This document shows, in pieces, positions 11,084 through 24,311 of a stretch of DNA of 64,000 nucleotides. Made by a program: the position numbers and the translations under genes. How positions within the stretch are numbered: position 1 is the stretch's first letter; every line of letters starts with the position of its first letter. The stretch comes from Phyllobates terribilis (Eukaryota), in assembly GCF_046119375.1 (NCBI RefSeq), contig NW_027362762.1, positions 667,058,001-667,122,000 of the forward strand, read 5' to 3'. The notes beneath the pieces are model-generated. The model worked only from the letters and a program-made list of their open reading frames with translations. It was not told the origin of the DNA and made no database searches.

Positions 11084-14000
11084 TTACTCTCCCCAGGATG
11101 ACACAGGGGTAGAAAAGTCCTTGCGGATCCATGATTTGTTCATCTTTATGAACGTGAGTCTGTCTACATTCTCAGTGGACAGCCGCGTGCGCTTATCTGT
11201 CAGCACACCACCAGCAGCGCTGAACACACGTTCAGAGAGAACGCTGGCTGCGGGGCATGACAAGATCTCCAAGGCGTAAGTGGCGAGCTCCGGCCATTTA
11301 TCCAGATTGGAAGCCCAAAAAGAGCAAGGGTCCAGTGACACAGTCATGGCTTCGATGTTTACTTGGAGATACTCCTGTACCATCATCTCTAGGCGTTGAC
11401 TATGAGTCAGACTTCTTGTCTCCTGTGGCCTTGCAAAGGATAGGCTAAAAAAGCTGTGAAATGATTCCGCAAAATTGCTGTTACCAGCAGATACTGTATT
11501 TCTGTTACGGTTTGAGTGCTGAACACTCGACAGTCTCACGGTTGGCAAGTTAGAACTGTGAGATTCACTACGTACACAACTGGTGGTTTGTGGAAAAGCA
11601 CATGTAAGATTCTGCAACAGTCTCTGCTGATACTCCTGCATACGTGAATCCCTTTCTATGGCAGGAATTATTTCGGCAAATTTACTTTTGTACCGGGGAT
11701 CTAACAGTGTGGCAACCCAGTAGTCAGGATTATTTCTAATTCTGACAATTCGAGGGTCATGTTGCAGGTAGTGCAGCAAGAAGGCACTCATGTGTCTTGC
11801 GCATCCAGGAGCACCAAGTCCCCGTTGTGTTGGTGGCGAGGTAACAATCATGCTTCCTTCCTCTGTCCTCTCCCCCCAACCTCGCACAACAGAAATGTGA
11901 TCAAGGTCTCCCTCATCTGATGAGTCTTCCATCAGTTCGTCCTCCACTTCTTCCTGGGCTCCTGCACCTTCCTCACTAGTTTGGCTGCTACCATGCGCCC
12001 TGGTAAATCCATCTCCCCCACCCTCACATGCCTGCCGCCTTGGTGCTGCCGACCGTCTGAACCTTGCAGATGTTAGCCCTTCCGCATACAACTCCTCTAC
12101 TTCCTCCACCTCCTCTTGTCGCACCACCTGACTCCGAATTCTGTTTAACATGTGCTCCAGCATGTAAAGCACCGGAATAGTCATGCTGATAATGGCATCG
12201 TCAGCACTAAACATCTTCGTCGCCATTTCAAAACTGTGCAGAAGGGTGCATAGGTCCCTGATCTGAGACCACTCCTCCAGCGTGATTTGCCCCACCTCTG
12301 GATCCCGTTGGCCCAGGCTATACATCAGAACGTATTGCACCAGGGCTTGTCGGTGCTGCCACAGTTGCTGCAACATGTGCAGAGTTGAATTCCACCGGGT
12401 AGGCACATCGCATTTTAGTCGGTGAAGTGGCAGGCCCAACGACTTCTGTAGAGATGTAAGTCGCTGAGTTGCGGGATGCGAACGGCAGAAGTGAGCACAC
12501 AGCGACCGTGCCCTCTGCAGAAGGCCATCTAGTCCGGGATAGTGGGCTAAAAATTGCTGGACAACCAGGTTTAACACGTGAGCCATACAAGGCACGTGTG
12601 TGACATTGCCCCGGTGAAGGGCCGCACCCAGGTTTGCAGCATTGTCGCACACGGCCTTCTCTGGTTTCAGGTCCAGTGGAGACAACCATTCTTGAAACTG
12701 GTTCTCCAGAGCTGACCACAACTCCTCAGCTGTGTGACTCACATTTCCCAGACATTTCAAAGTAAAAACCGCCTGATGACATTGAGCTCTGCTGCCAGCA
12801 TAGTAAGGAGGTGGGCAGTATCCCTTCTGCGCAGTTAGAAAGCGTGTGGCATGACCAGACAGGCTTTGGATGCAGGTGGAGGACCGAGAGGAGGTTGAGG
12901 AGGCAGAAGCAGTGGAGGAACTTTGAGATAAAGAGGATTGACGCACAACTCGTGGGGACGGCAAGACTTGGACAGCAGCCCCTTGTCCTGCTGTCACCAT
13001 AGTTACCCAGTGCCCAGTCAGCGACATGTAACGCCCCTGTCCATGCCTACTCGTCCAAGTGTCTGTGGTGAAATGCACCCTGTCACACACAGAGTTTCTC
13101 AAAGAAGCGGTGATGTTGTGTGCGACATGCTGGTGGAGCGCAGGCACACCTTTCTTTGAGAAGTAGTGCCGACTGGGCATCTTGGACTGGGGCACTGCGA
13201 CGGACATGAGGTCTCGAAAATCCTCTGTGTCCACCAGGCGGAAAGGCAGCATTTCTGTAGCCAAGAGCTTGCAGATGGTGAAATTCAACCTCTTAGCTTT
13301 CTCATGGCTAGGGGGAAATGGTCTTTTACTTGTCCACATCTGAGGGACCGAGGGCTGGCTGTTGTGCTTAGACGGGGTTCAGAAGGGTGTCCCTGGCAAA
13401 CTGCCGGTCTGTGAGGAAGATGCAGGCGGACATGTTAGGTTGCCTTGATCCAAAGGTGGTGCTCTCGATGTCGGAGAGCGCTCAACACCAGCTGGTGTTT
13501 CCACCTCCAAAGAAAATGATGACCTGCCAATCACGCTGGCTGTTGCGGGTAAAGAGGTGGCAGGTCTGCGTCCCAAAACAGGTGTGACTGCTGTCCCCCC
13601 AGTCACAGAGGATGAAGACGCCGCGGATGCACAAGATGGGGCAGACGGTGGTTGGCCCGGCCCGCTAGGCCGCATTGTAGCACAGTGAGCTTCCCACTGG
13701 AACTTATGCTTCATATCCATGTGACGGTTCATGCATGAAGTACTCAAACTATGGATTTTTTGGCCTCTACTTAGCTTTTGGTGACAAATGTTACAGATAA
13801 CACGAGTTGGGTCATCCTTATCGATCTGAAAAAATGCCCAGGATATGCAAGGCTTAGCACCCATACGACCTGAAGAGCCACCACGACTTGTGGTCAGAGG
13901 CAGAGTTGTGTTTGAGGATGCAGTTGTTGACATGCTTCCAGTGCTACGTCTCTGTCCAGGAAGGCGCAACCTGACCTCGTCATCACTAGCATCCTCCTCC

Positions 14001-14735
14001 ACCTCCTCTGCTGACCTCATCAACTGGCTGACTGTGGGTTGACAGTAAGTGGGATCTGCAACCTCGTCATCATCACTCTGTGTGTTCTCACACCCGTCGT
14101 CCTCAGAGCCAACCTCTTCCTGCCCTGACAAAAAACTCAAGTTGTCGCTCCAATCAGGTATTTGAGTCTCATCATCGTCTTCCTCATTGTCTCCACCAAC
14201 AGGAGTTACAGTTTGGGAACGAGGGTCTACATTATGGTCTGAACCTTCTGCGTCTGGTCCTGGATCCGACTCATAAAGATTCTGCGCATCAGTGCAGATC
14301 ATTCCCTCGTCTGGATTCACAGAACCTCTGGAGCCAACTTCTGATTCCCAGGCTATAGTATGAGTAAACAGCTCTGCAGACTCAACCATCTGTTCTACCC
14401 CATACTCAGACGGGCAGCTGGAGACTTGGGAGCTGTGAGGAAGCAAGTGCGATTGGGGTGACACCTCTGAGGACGGGAGTATTTGTGATGTTGAAGTTGA
14501 GATGGAGGAGAGCCCACTTAAAGGAGCTCTTGATATCCGTTGAAGCACCTGCTGTTTTTGTGCCTCATCTGGAATTTGTAGCGATTGGCGTGGCCGTAAG
14601 AAAGGGATCGTATCACATTGTCCGCTAAAAGAAGTAGACATCTTAGTTTGGCTGAAAGATGGTCTTTCTTCTGCAGATGTTACTGTTGCTTTAACACCTA
14701 CCCCACGGACACAACCTTTTATTCCCTTCCCAAAT
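11084..14735 (-). pseudogene. hAT transposase of copy B (BED + DDE + dimerisation domain); one frameshift near 13380 and start deleted
   Basis: ORFs 13379-14755 and 11084-13339: BED CNIC..H..MKH; TTDTWTS, CDNAAN, SERVFS catalytic residues; HVPCMAH CxxH motif. Confidence 0.95.
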
Positions 14736-15290
14736 GGACTAAGAATAAGTCCCACACACTGCTACAAGCCCAAAATTATTTTCCGAGCTAGATGCAGCTA
14801 AAAATTATTTGTAATTTGCAAGCTGGTGGAGCTTAATATAGATGGACTAAGAATAAGTCCCACACACTGCTACAAGCCCAAAATTATTTTCCGAGCTAGA
14901 TGCAGATAAAAATTATTTGTAATTTGCAAGCTGGTGGAGCTTAGTGTAGATGGACTAAGAATAAGTCCCACACACTGCTACAAGCCCAAAATTATTTTCC
15001 GAGCTAGATGCAGATAAAAATTATTTCTAATTTGCAAGCTGGTGGAGCTTAGTATAGATGGACTAAGAATAAGTCCCACACACTGCTACAAGCCCAAAAT
15101 TATTTTCCGAGCTAGATGCAGATAAAAATTATTTGTAATTTGCAAGCTGGTGGAGCTTAGTATAGATGGACTAAGAATAAGTCCCACACACTGCTACAAG
15201 CCCAAAATTATTTTCCGAGCTAGATGCAGATAAAATTATTAGTAATTTGGAAGCTGGTGGAGCTTAGTGTATATGGCCTAATAGAATGAT
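14730..15290. repeat. 108-bp tandem repeat, ~5 copies, upstream of the copy B transposase
   Basis: GATGGACTAAGAATAAG at 14841, 14949 and onward with period 108. Confidence 0.93.
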
Positions 15291-16204
15291 GCTATGCCCA
15301 AAAGGTTTCACTTGGCTAGGTACAGTAAAAAAAATTGTATTCTATACACAGGTGGTGTAGCTTGCAACACAGATACGCTACTCCACTGACTAACACACAC
15401 TGCAAGAGGCCAAAAAGGATTTGCTTAGCTAGATTTAGCCAAATGCTGTGAAAAACACTTGCACAGCACTGGCACAGACCTGCCTGGCAAAAAGTCCTAG
15501 GAAATGCTGTAAACTAGTTCTCAAAAGGACTGCAATTACAATTAGTCACTACTCCCAACCTATCTATTTAAGAGCACAGACCTGCCTGCTAAAAGTCGTA
15601 GGAAATGCTGTAACCTAGTCCTCAAAAGGACTGCAATCACAACTATTCCCTACTCCCAAGCTATCTGTAGATTTCTGAGAAAATTGGCTTGAAATTAACA
15701 CTGAAAATATAGCGCACACAGCAACAGCGGTGCCGTCTAACACGCAGCTGCAGCAGTGAGAAAATGGTGGCGACGGGGAAAATGGCTGGGTCTTATAGGG
15801 CAAGGACATGTGACATACACAGCCAATGACACATGCCCTTGCTTGTGTGAAAAAAAGCAGTTCGCTCCGTGTGTGCGCTGCTGATAGGCTGACAGATTGC
15901 ACCTCCCCACTGCAAATGCGGGAAAGAGAAAAAAAAATGGAGATCTTCATTGTTCCTGCAGAGATCCATCCCCTGCCCCTCCCCCCACCCCGCTGTACAC
16001 TCAAACTGCGTTTTAACATTGATTATCAGCATTACTGTGAAAAAATCTAGTTATGATTTTGGTGCACGAACAGTTATCGAACATAACCTCGAACAGCCGG
16101 ATTTTTTTCAAATCGTTCGTGTTCGCCGAACGGCTCGAACACCGCCCAAAACAGCTCGAATTTGAGATTGGCGAACAGTTCGAGTCGAACATCACTCATC
16201 TCTA

Positions 16205-17170
16205 CTTAACGGGTCTAAGGCATTAATTTTTCCTATTCATATTACCTATCAAACTAACAGTAAGATAGAGACTTTATTCCCCTTTAAGTGGGCTGAAAAG
16301 GGAATTTCATATCTATGTATATTTCTTACATCTCCACATCTATTGGTACAGGAGGATTCTGACACCATATATAGCTCACTTAAAATGAAGCTGGAAAGAT
16401 ACGATTCCCCCATCATGGATAGTTAGGATAAATTCTTTTAAAATGACCTTACTTCCCAAATTATTATATTTATTTAGATATATAAATTGTAAGCTGATTA
16501 ACAAATTTCAATTATTAATTGAGAAATTCATATGGGTGGAGAGAAAAACAAGAGTCTTAAAAAATTGATTTCCTATCCTTTTAGTCTGGGTGGTATGGGA
16601 GATCCGGATGTCTTGCCATATTATAAAGCTACTATTCCTGACTCAACGAAGGATGGGTGGCTGGAAGAAGGCTCTCATAGATGGATGCAATGGAATCCTT
16701 TTATGCTAACGGTGGTTCTACAAGGAGAACTCCTGAAATTGAACATCTAAAGCCAACAGTTTCTTCTCCTTGTTACCAACTATGGTGGCAACTATACTGT
16801 ATATGCTTGGAACAACCGGGCTAGAAGGAATCTGTCTATTTCATTGGCAAATATTTCCATTAGGTCTATAGAATTTCATATGCCATATCTAAATCTAGCA
16901 TGATGGCATCAGAGTGGAATTAATACATTAGCAGATATATGTGACGGTTCAGGTCTTATGCCATGTGATGTTATTAGAAATAAGAATCGTTTCAGAAAAA
17001 GTTGTTTTTATCAATATTTACAAATTAGACGTTTCCCAGCGTCATGTTTCCTAGATAAAAGAAATACTAGAGGTCCGCTTCAAAATGTGACCTCCACCAC
17101 TAAAGGAATGTCTTTAATCTATGAAATCTTAAGTCGTCCACTAGAGGAGGGGGAATTGCCGTATATGCTT
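16205..17170 (+). pseudogene. L1 ORF2 fragment, right part
   Basis: Continues the 5219-5945 reading (NGSKALIF, YLHI, LGGMGDPDVLPYYKA, FYQYLQIRRF); ends at a TTAA insertion. Confidence 0.8.
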
Positions 17171-17172
17171 AA

Positions 17173-17584
17173 AGGGAAGGTGCCGTGATTTTTTCTTAAG
17201 TATATAAAAAAAAAAATACATAAAAAGTTTTTTAAGCTAAGCTTCACTACATTGTATGTATGTTTTTTTTTAATAATAAGTTATTATTGCAGCCACAGGG
17301 GACGGCCATTTTACATTGCAGATCTGTAAGGTCGCTGGACGCCACTTACAGTCTGCAAATACGGCAGTCCCTGTGCATAGGACATAGCGGTCAGACACCG
17401 ACCCTATCTCCAACATTGCAGCCGCATCAGCTGTGAACTGGGCGCGCCCCTGTGGGCTGTCCAATCCACAGCTGTAGGTGCGGCCGGGCGCCATTTTTTT
17501 ATAGCCTAGAGCTATCCGCTGAGCTCGATTTATACTCTATCACAGGACTTGTTATGCTGGAAGCTGTAACTTCCGGCAGCCAGT

Positions 17585-17585
<1 letters not shown>
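17173..17585. mobile_element. Kolobok/T2-type MITE fragment
   Basis: TTAA then AGGGAAGGTGCC start interrupting the L1; other end lost. Confidence 0.5.
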
Positions 17586-18899
<1,314 letters not shown>

Positions 18900-18901
18900 T
18901 A

Positions 18902-21900
18902 TGACGTCATTATACTGTGGAGCACTATATGATGCCATTATACTGTGGGGCACTATTTGATGCCATTATACTGTGGGGCACTATATGACGCCATTATACT
19001 GTGGGGCACTATATGAGGCCATTATACTGTGGAGCACTATATGACGCCATTATACTGTGGAGCACTATATGACGCCATTATACTGTAGAGCACTATATGA
19101 CACCATTATACCGTGGAGCACTATATCACGCCGTTATACTGTGGAGCATTATATGATGCCATTATACTGTGGAGCACTATATCACGCCATTATACTGTGG
19201 AGCACTCTATGATGCCATTATACTGTGGGGCACTATATGACGTCATTATACTGTGGAGCACTGTCTGACGCCATTATACTGTGGAGCACTATATTACGCC
19301 ATTACACTATGGAGCACTATATCACGCCATTATACTGTGGAGCACTATATCACGCCATTATACTGTGGAGCACCATATGACGCCATTATAGTGTGGATCA
19401 CCATATGACGCCATTATACTGTGGATCACTATATGGGGCCATTATACTATGGAGCACTATATGACGCCATTATACTGTGGAGCACTATATCACGCCATTA
19501 TACTGTGGGGCACTATATGACACCATTATACTGTGGAGCACTATGTGACTCCATTATACTGTGGAGCACTATATGACACCATTATACTGTGGAGCACTAT
19601 ATGGGGTCATTATACTGTGGAGCACTATATGATGCCATTATACTGTGGAGCACTATATGACGCCATTATACTGTGGGGCACTATATGATGCCATTATACT
19701 GTGGAGCACTATTTGGGGTCATTATACTATGGGGCACTATATGATGCCATTATACTGTGGAGCACTATATGACACCATTATACTGTGGAGCACTATATGA
19801 CGCCATTATACTGTGGGGCACTATATGACACCATTATACTGTGGAGCACTATATGACGCCATTATACTGTGGGGCACTATATGACACCATTATACTGTGG
19901 AGCACTATATGACGCCATTATACTGTGGAGCACTATATGACGCCATTATACTGTAAAGCACTATATGACGCCATTATACTGTGGAGCACTATATGACGTC
20001 ATTATACTCTGGAGCACTATATGACGTCATTATACTGTGGAGCACTATATGAGGCCATTATACTGTGGAGCACTATATGAGGCCATTATACTGTGGAGCA
20101 CTATATGAGGCCATTATACTGTGGAGCACTATATGAGGCCATTATACTGTGGAGCACTATATGAGGCCATTATACTGTGGAGCACTATATGACGCCATTA
20201 TACTGTGGAGCACTATATGACGCCATTATACTGTGGAGCACTATATGACGCCATTATACTGTGGAGCACTATATGACACCATTAAACCGTGGAGCACTAT
20301 ATCACGCCGTTATACTGTGCAGCATTATATGATGCCATTATACTGTGGAGCACTATATCACGCCATTATACTGTGGAGCACTCTATGATGCCATTATACT
20401 GTGGGGCACTATATGACGTCATTATACTGTGGAGCACTGTCTGACGCCATTATACTGTGGAGCACTATATTACGCCATTATACTGTGGAGCACTATATCA
20501 CGCCATTATACTGTGGAGCACTATATGATGCCATTATACTTTGGAGCACCATATGACGCCATTATACTGTGGATCACTATATGGGGCCATTATACTGTGG
20601 AGCACTATATCACGCCATTATACTGTGGGGCACTATATGACACCATTATACTGTGGAGCACTATATGACTCCATTATACTGTGGGGCACTATATGAGGCC
20701 ATTACACTGTGGAGCACTATATGACACCATTATACTGTGGAGCACTATATGGGGTCATTATACTGTTGAGCACTGTATGACGCCATTATACTGTGGAGCA
20801 CTATATGATACCATTATACTGTGGAGCACTATATCATGCCATTATACTGTGGGGCACTATATGATGCCATTATACTGTGGAGCACTATATGATGCCATTA
20901 TAATGTGGAGCACTATATGACGCCATTATACTGTGGAGCACTATATGACGCCATTATACTGTGGAGCACTATATGATGCCATTATACTGTGGAGCACTAT
21001 TTGGGGTCATTATACTATGGGGCACTATATGACGCCATTATACTGTGGAGCACTATATGACACCATTATACTGTGGAGCACTATATGACGCCATTATACT
21101 GTGGGGCACTATATGACACCATTATACTGTGGAGCACTATATGACGCCATTATACTGTGGAGCACTATATGACGCCATTATACTGTGGAGCACCATATGA
21201 CGCCATTATACTGTGGAGCACTATATGACACCATTATACTGTAGAGCACTATATGACGCCATTATACTGTGGAGCACTATATGACACCATTATACTGTAG
21301 AGCACTATATGACGCCATTATACTGTGGAGCACTATATGACGGCATTATACTGTGGAGCACTGTATGACGCCATTATACTGAGGAGCACTGTATGACGCC
21401 ATTATACTGAGGAGCACTGTATGACGCCATTATACTGTGGAGCATTATATGATGCCATTATACTATGGAGCACTATATGACGCCATTATACTGTGGAGGA
21501 CTATATGACGCCATTATACTGTGGAGCACTATATGATGCCATTATACTGTGGGGCACTATATGACACCATTATACTGTGGAGCACTATATGATGCCATTT
21601 TACTGTGGAACACTATATGACGCCATTATACTGTGGGTCACTATATTAAGCCATTATACTGTGGGGCAGTATATGACACCATTATACTGTGGAGCACTAT
21701 ATGAGGCCATTATACTGTGGAGCACTGTATGGGGCCATTATACTGTGGAGCACTATATGACGCCATTATACTGTGGAGCACTATATGAGGCCATTATACT
21801 GTGGAGCACTGTATGATGCCATTATACTGTGGAGCACTATATGACGCCATTATACTGTGGGGCACTATATGACGCCATTATACTGTGGAGCACTATATGA

Positions 21901-21940
21901 GGCCATTATACTGTGGAGCACTGTATGGGGCCATTATACA
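18902..21940. repeat. 28-bp minisatellite, ~108 copies
   Basis: Unit CACTATATGACGCCATTATACTGTGGAG. Confidence 0.98.
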
Positions 21941-22620
21941 GAGGACTCGGCGACTCTGATGAGCGGTGTAGTTACTCATCACAGCCGCCGGGTCTCATGG
22001 CTGCTGCAGCCTATGGAGCGTCGTTCTCTGAACAAGCCTCCATAGCCTTTAGACTCAGATTCGTGGATCGTCGTATGGGCGCCATGGACAACGTCAAGCC
22101 TGCATGGTTTTTTTTGCAAAATAAATTGGTGAACCAGGGAAAGTGTCGGGGAGTCTTCAAGAAACATTTATTTTTCTGTTTTTTTTTCATTATTGGATTA
22201 GTAATGGGGGTGTCTGAGAGACCCCTCTCCATTACTAACCACAGGGCTGGATGCCAGATGTGTTTTTTGACAATTCACAGATTATATCAACCCCAACTTT
22301 ATTATCCCGATTGCCCCCGCACCAGGGCAATCAGGAAGAGGCGGGCAAAGCGTCAGAATTGGTGTATGTAATGTGATGGGCATCTAATGCGATGCACCAA
22401 TTCTGGGGCGGCTGCGGACTGATATTTGTAGGCTGGAAATGGCCCAAAAACCAGGGACCTTCCCAGCCTGATAATATACACCCGCAGCTGTCTGCTTTAC
22501 CTTGCCTGGTACCAAAAATAGGCGAGAGGAGGACACCACACTGTTTTTTATCATTTATTAGGGTAAACACCTTTAAGTGCCACATAATAGGCATTAAAGG
22601 GTGCAAGTTTATTATATATA
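21941..22620. mobile_element. Fragment of a non-autonomous DNA-transposon internal sequence
   Basis: Shares TTAGTAATGGGGGTGTC..AGAC.CC..TCCATTACTAACC and CAGAATTGG blocks with 37755-37930 and 40615-40800. Confidence 0.6.
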
Positions 22621-23149
22621 GGGGCTTGTGAAATTATATATCTGCAGGACATTTATCCATTCTATTACACCCCTGCTCCTATAGAAGCGGACAGAGCGAG
22701 GTCATGCATTACACCACTACTCCCATGGAAGTGGATGCAGAGGGGTCACACATTTCTAAGGGAGTAGTTGTGTAATTAGTGACCCTGCTCTGTCCATTTC
22801 TATGGGGGAAGTGGTGAAATATTTGACCCTGTTCCGTCAACTTCTATTGGGCCAGTGGTGTAATGCGTGGTCTCACTCCGTCCACTTCTATGGGCCAGTG
22901 GTGTAATGCGTGATGGCATCTTCCCTTTAACTGGGAAACGGATGTAGATATATCAGTACCAATTCAGAATTGACATAATGCAATTACCTGGATATAAAAA
23001 GCATCAATATGTATTAATCATCTTGAACAACTGAAGAAGATCCATATGAGATAGTATCTCTCTGCGTCTAAATTAACACATTGTAGTCTGAGTTATTTGG
23101 ATAAATGCTGAAAGGAACGTCTCCATGTCGCTACATTACACCAGGTATG

Positions 23150-23725
23150 GTGGTGTTCTCCTAAGATAGGACCCTTTTGGTCTTTGGTTTTCGGATTGAT
23201 CTCCGGTTTAATAGGGGCTCATCTAGCACTGAATCCAGCTCTGGCGATGTTGAATATTGGAATAGATACAATTCCACATAAGCTCAGATGGATGGTAATA
23301 CATGGTGTGATTTCAGCTGGACAATGCTTAGCACTGAAATGGAAATCTCCTCTCATTCCCACGATGGAAGATTTGATTGGGAAAATTAACACCTATTATT
23401 ATTATGAATATATGCTAGCATTCTCACAACAAAATGGAAAGAAAATGATGGATAGATGGAAATTGTGGACCCTGTCCCCGTGGTGGGCCATTCCTATTAA
23501 CACATGATGATTTCAGTAAATTTATGCTGTCTCCTAATGTGATATGTTGGGGTAAATGTTGCACTCCTTTTGTGATTTTGAAATATTGAACTTTTTCTCT
23601 TTGACAAAGGAAGTGTAATTGTATGTTTGTGTTTTATGTTCTGTTTATACTTAAGGGTGATGGATTTCATTTTTGATGTTGTAAAAGTTGGAAAAATTTA
23701 ATAAAGAATAAGGATAAAAAAAGGA
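23150..23725 (+). mobile_element. 5'-truncated L1 3' end with A-rich tail
   Basis: ORF 23184-23507 (CLALKWKSPLIPT..WKLW) resembles an L1 ORF2 C-terminus; AATAAA and an A-rich tail at ~23700-23725. Confidence 0.72.
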
Positions 23726-23908
23726 TATAAAAACCTGTCCTAATCTAACCTGAGAAAACCTCTGTGATCTTAAGCAGCTATGACTCTTTCCTCCATTTCT
23801 GCATCTAGTACTGATACTCAGCCTATGGTTTTACCGTCTTAGGGGTTTCTAGGCAACTTCATTTTAAATAGAGTTATATTTTTAATAGTATATCACAGGA
23901 TTCCATGA

Positions 23909-23978
23909 TGACATCATTGATGATTCTATAACTGGCCATCACTAAGATTTCATTATGACATCATCACTGATGACATCA
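23909..23978 (+). promoter_or_regulatory. Three TGACATCA (CRE-variant) motifs upstream of the kinase ATG
   Basis: TGACATCA at 23909, 23956 and 23971, about 105-175 bp before ATG 24084. Function is inferred only. Confidence 0.35.
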
Positions 23979-24083
23979 CAATACACCCTCACTACTTACA
24001 CAAGTGTTTACAGCCCCGGTGTCATTGTTGTCAGTGATTAGCTAGAGATAGTGATAAACTGATCGCGCTTGGATTTGATTGAA

Positions 24084-24311
24084 ATGTCTGGAATTCCTCC
24101 AGACAATCTTCAGGTGTTGGCACTACTTCAGGGGATTCTTACCAACTATGCCCCTGACATTGTGCTACCACTACCCGATGGCGTCCTTAGCTTCACTTAC
24201 CGGCTGGTTATGGAGCTTGTAAGAGACTGCCTGACCAAACATCAACTAGGTCGAATAACCTCAGAATACCTCGAACATTTACAGCAGAACATAAGGACAT
24301 TAATACAACAG
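24084..24311 (+). CDS. MAST-like exon 1 (MSGIPP..RTLIQQ)
   Basis: ATG; donor GTAAGC; phase 0. Confidence 0.82.

Larger units (their letters stand above)
5946..16204 (-). mobile_element. Large hAT transposon, copy B, 10.26 kb, both ends intact
   Basis: TIRs TAGAGTTGAG and CTCATCTCTA; perfect 8-bp TSD CTTAACGG at 5938-5945 and 16205-16212; TTCG/CGAA-rich subterminal regions; hAT transposase inside. Confidence 0.96.

Noticed and set aside
12318-13587. Recurrent short ORFs overlapping the transposase (MVVSTGPETREG.., MTRSPRRKW.., also in other copies)
   Set aside because: They recur only because the element is repeated; lengths and stops vary between copies, consistent with shadow ORFs.
11084-14755. 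Domesticated host ZBED gene
   Set aside because: It lies between TIRs with a TSD, is present in four local copies, and every copy is disabled.
18902-21940. CRISPR-like array (28-31-bp repeats, also 4134-5218 and 50200-52365)
   Set aside because: Units are head-to-tail with no unique spacers, there are no cas genes, and the context is eukaryotic.
20429-22045. Tyr/Cys-rich ORFs in the 28-bp array (and similar ORFs at 25871-26391 and 36547-37021)
   Set aside because: Translations of tandem or low-complexity repeats; no domain signature.
22630-22910. Degenerate ~40-45-bp repeats (GTCCACTTCTATGGG..GTGGTGTAATGCGTG)
   Set aside because: Few, highly diverged copies; probably an old MITE interior with no further signal.
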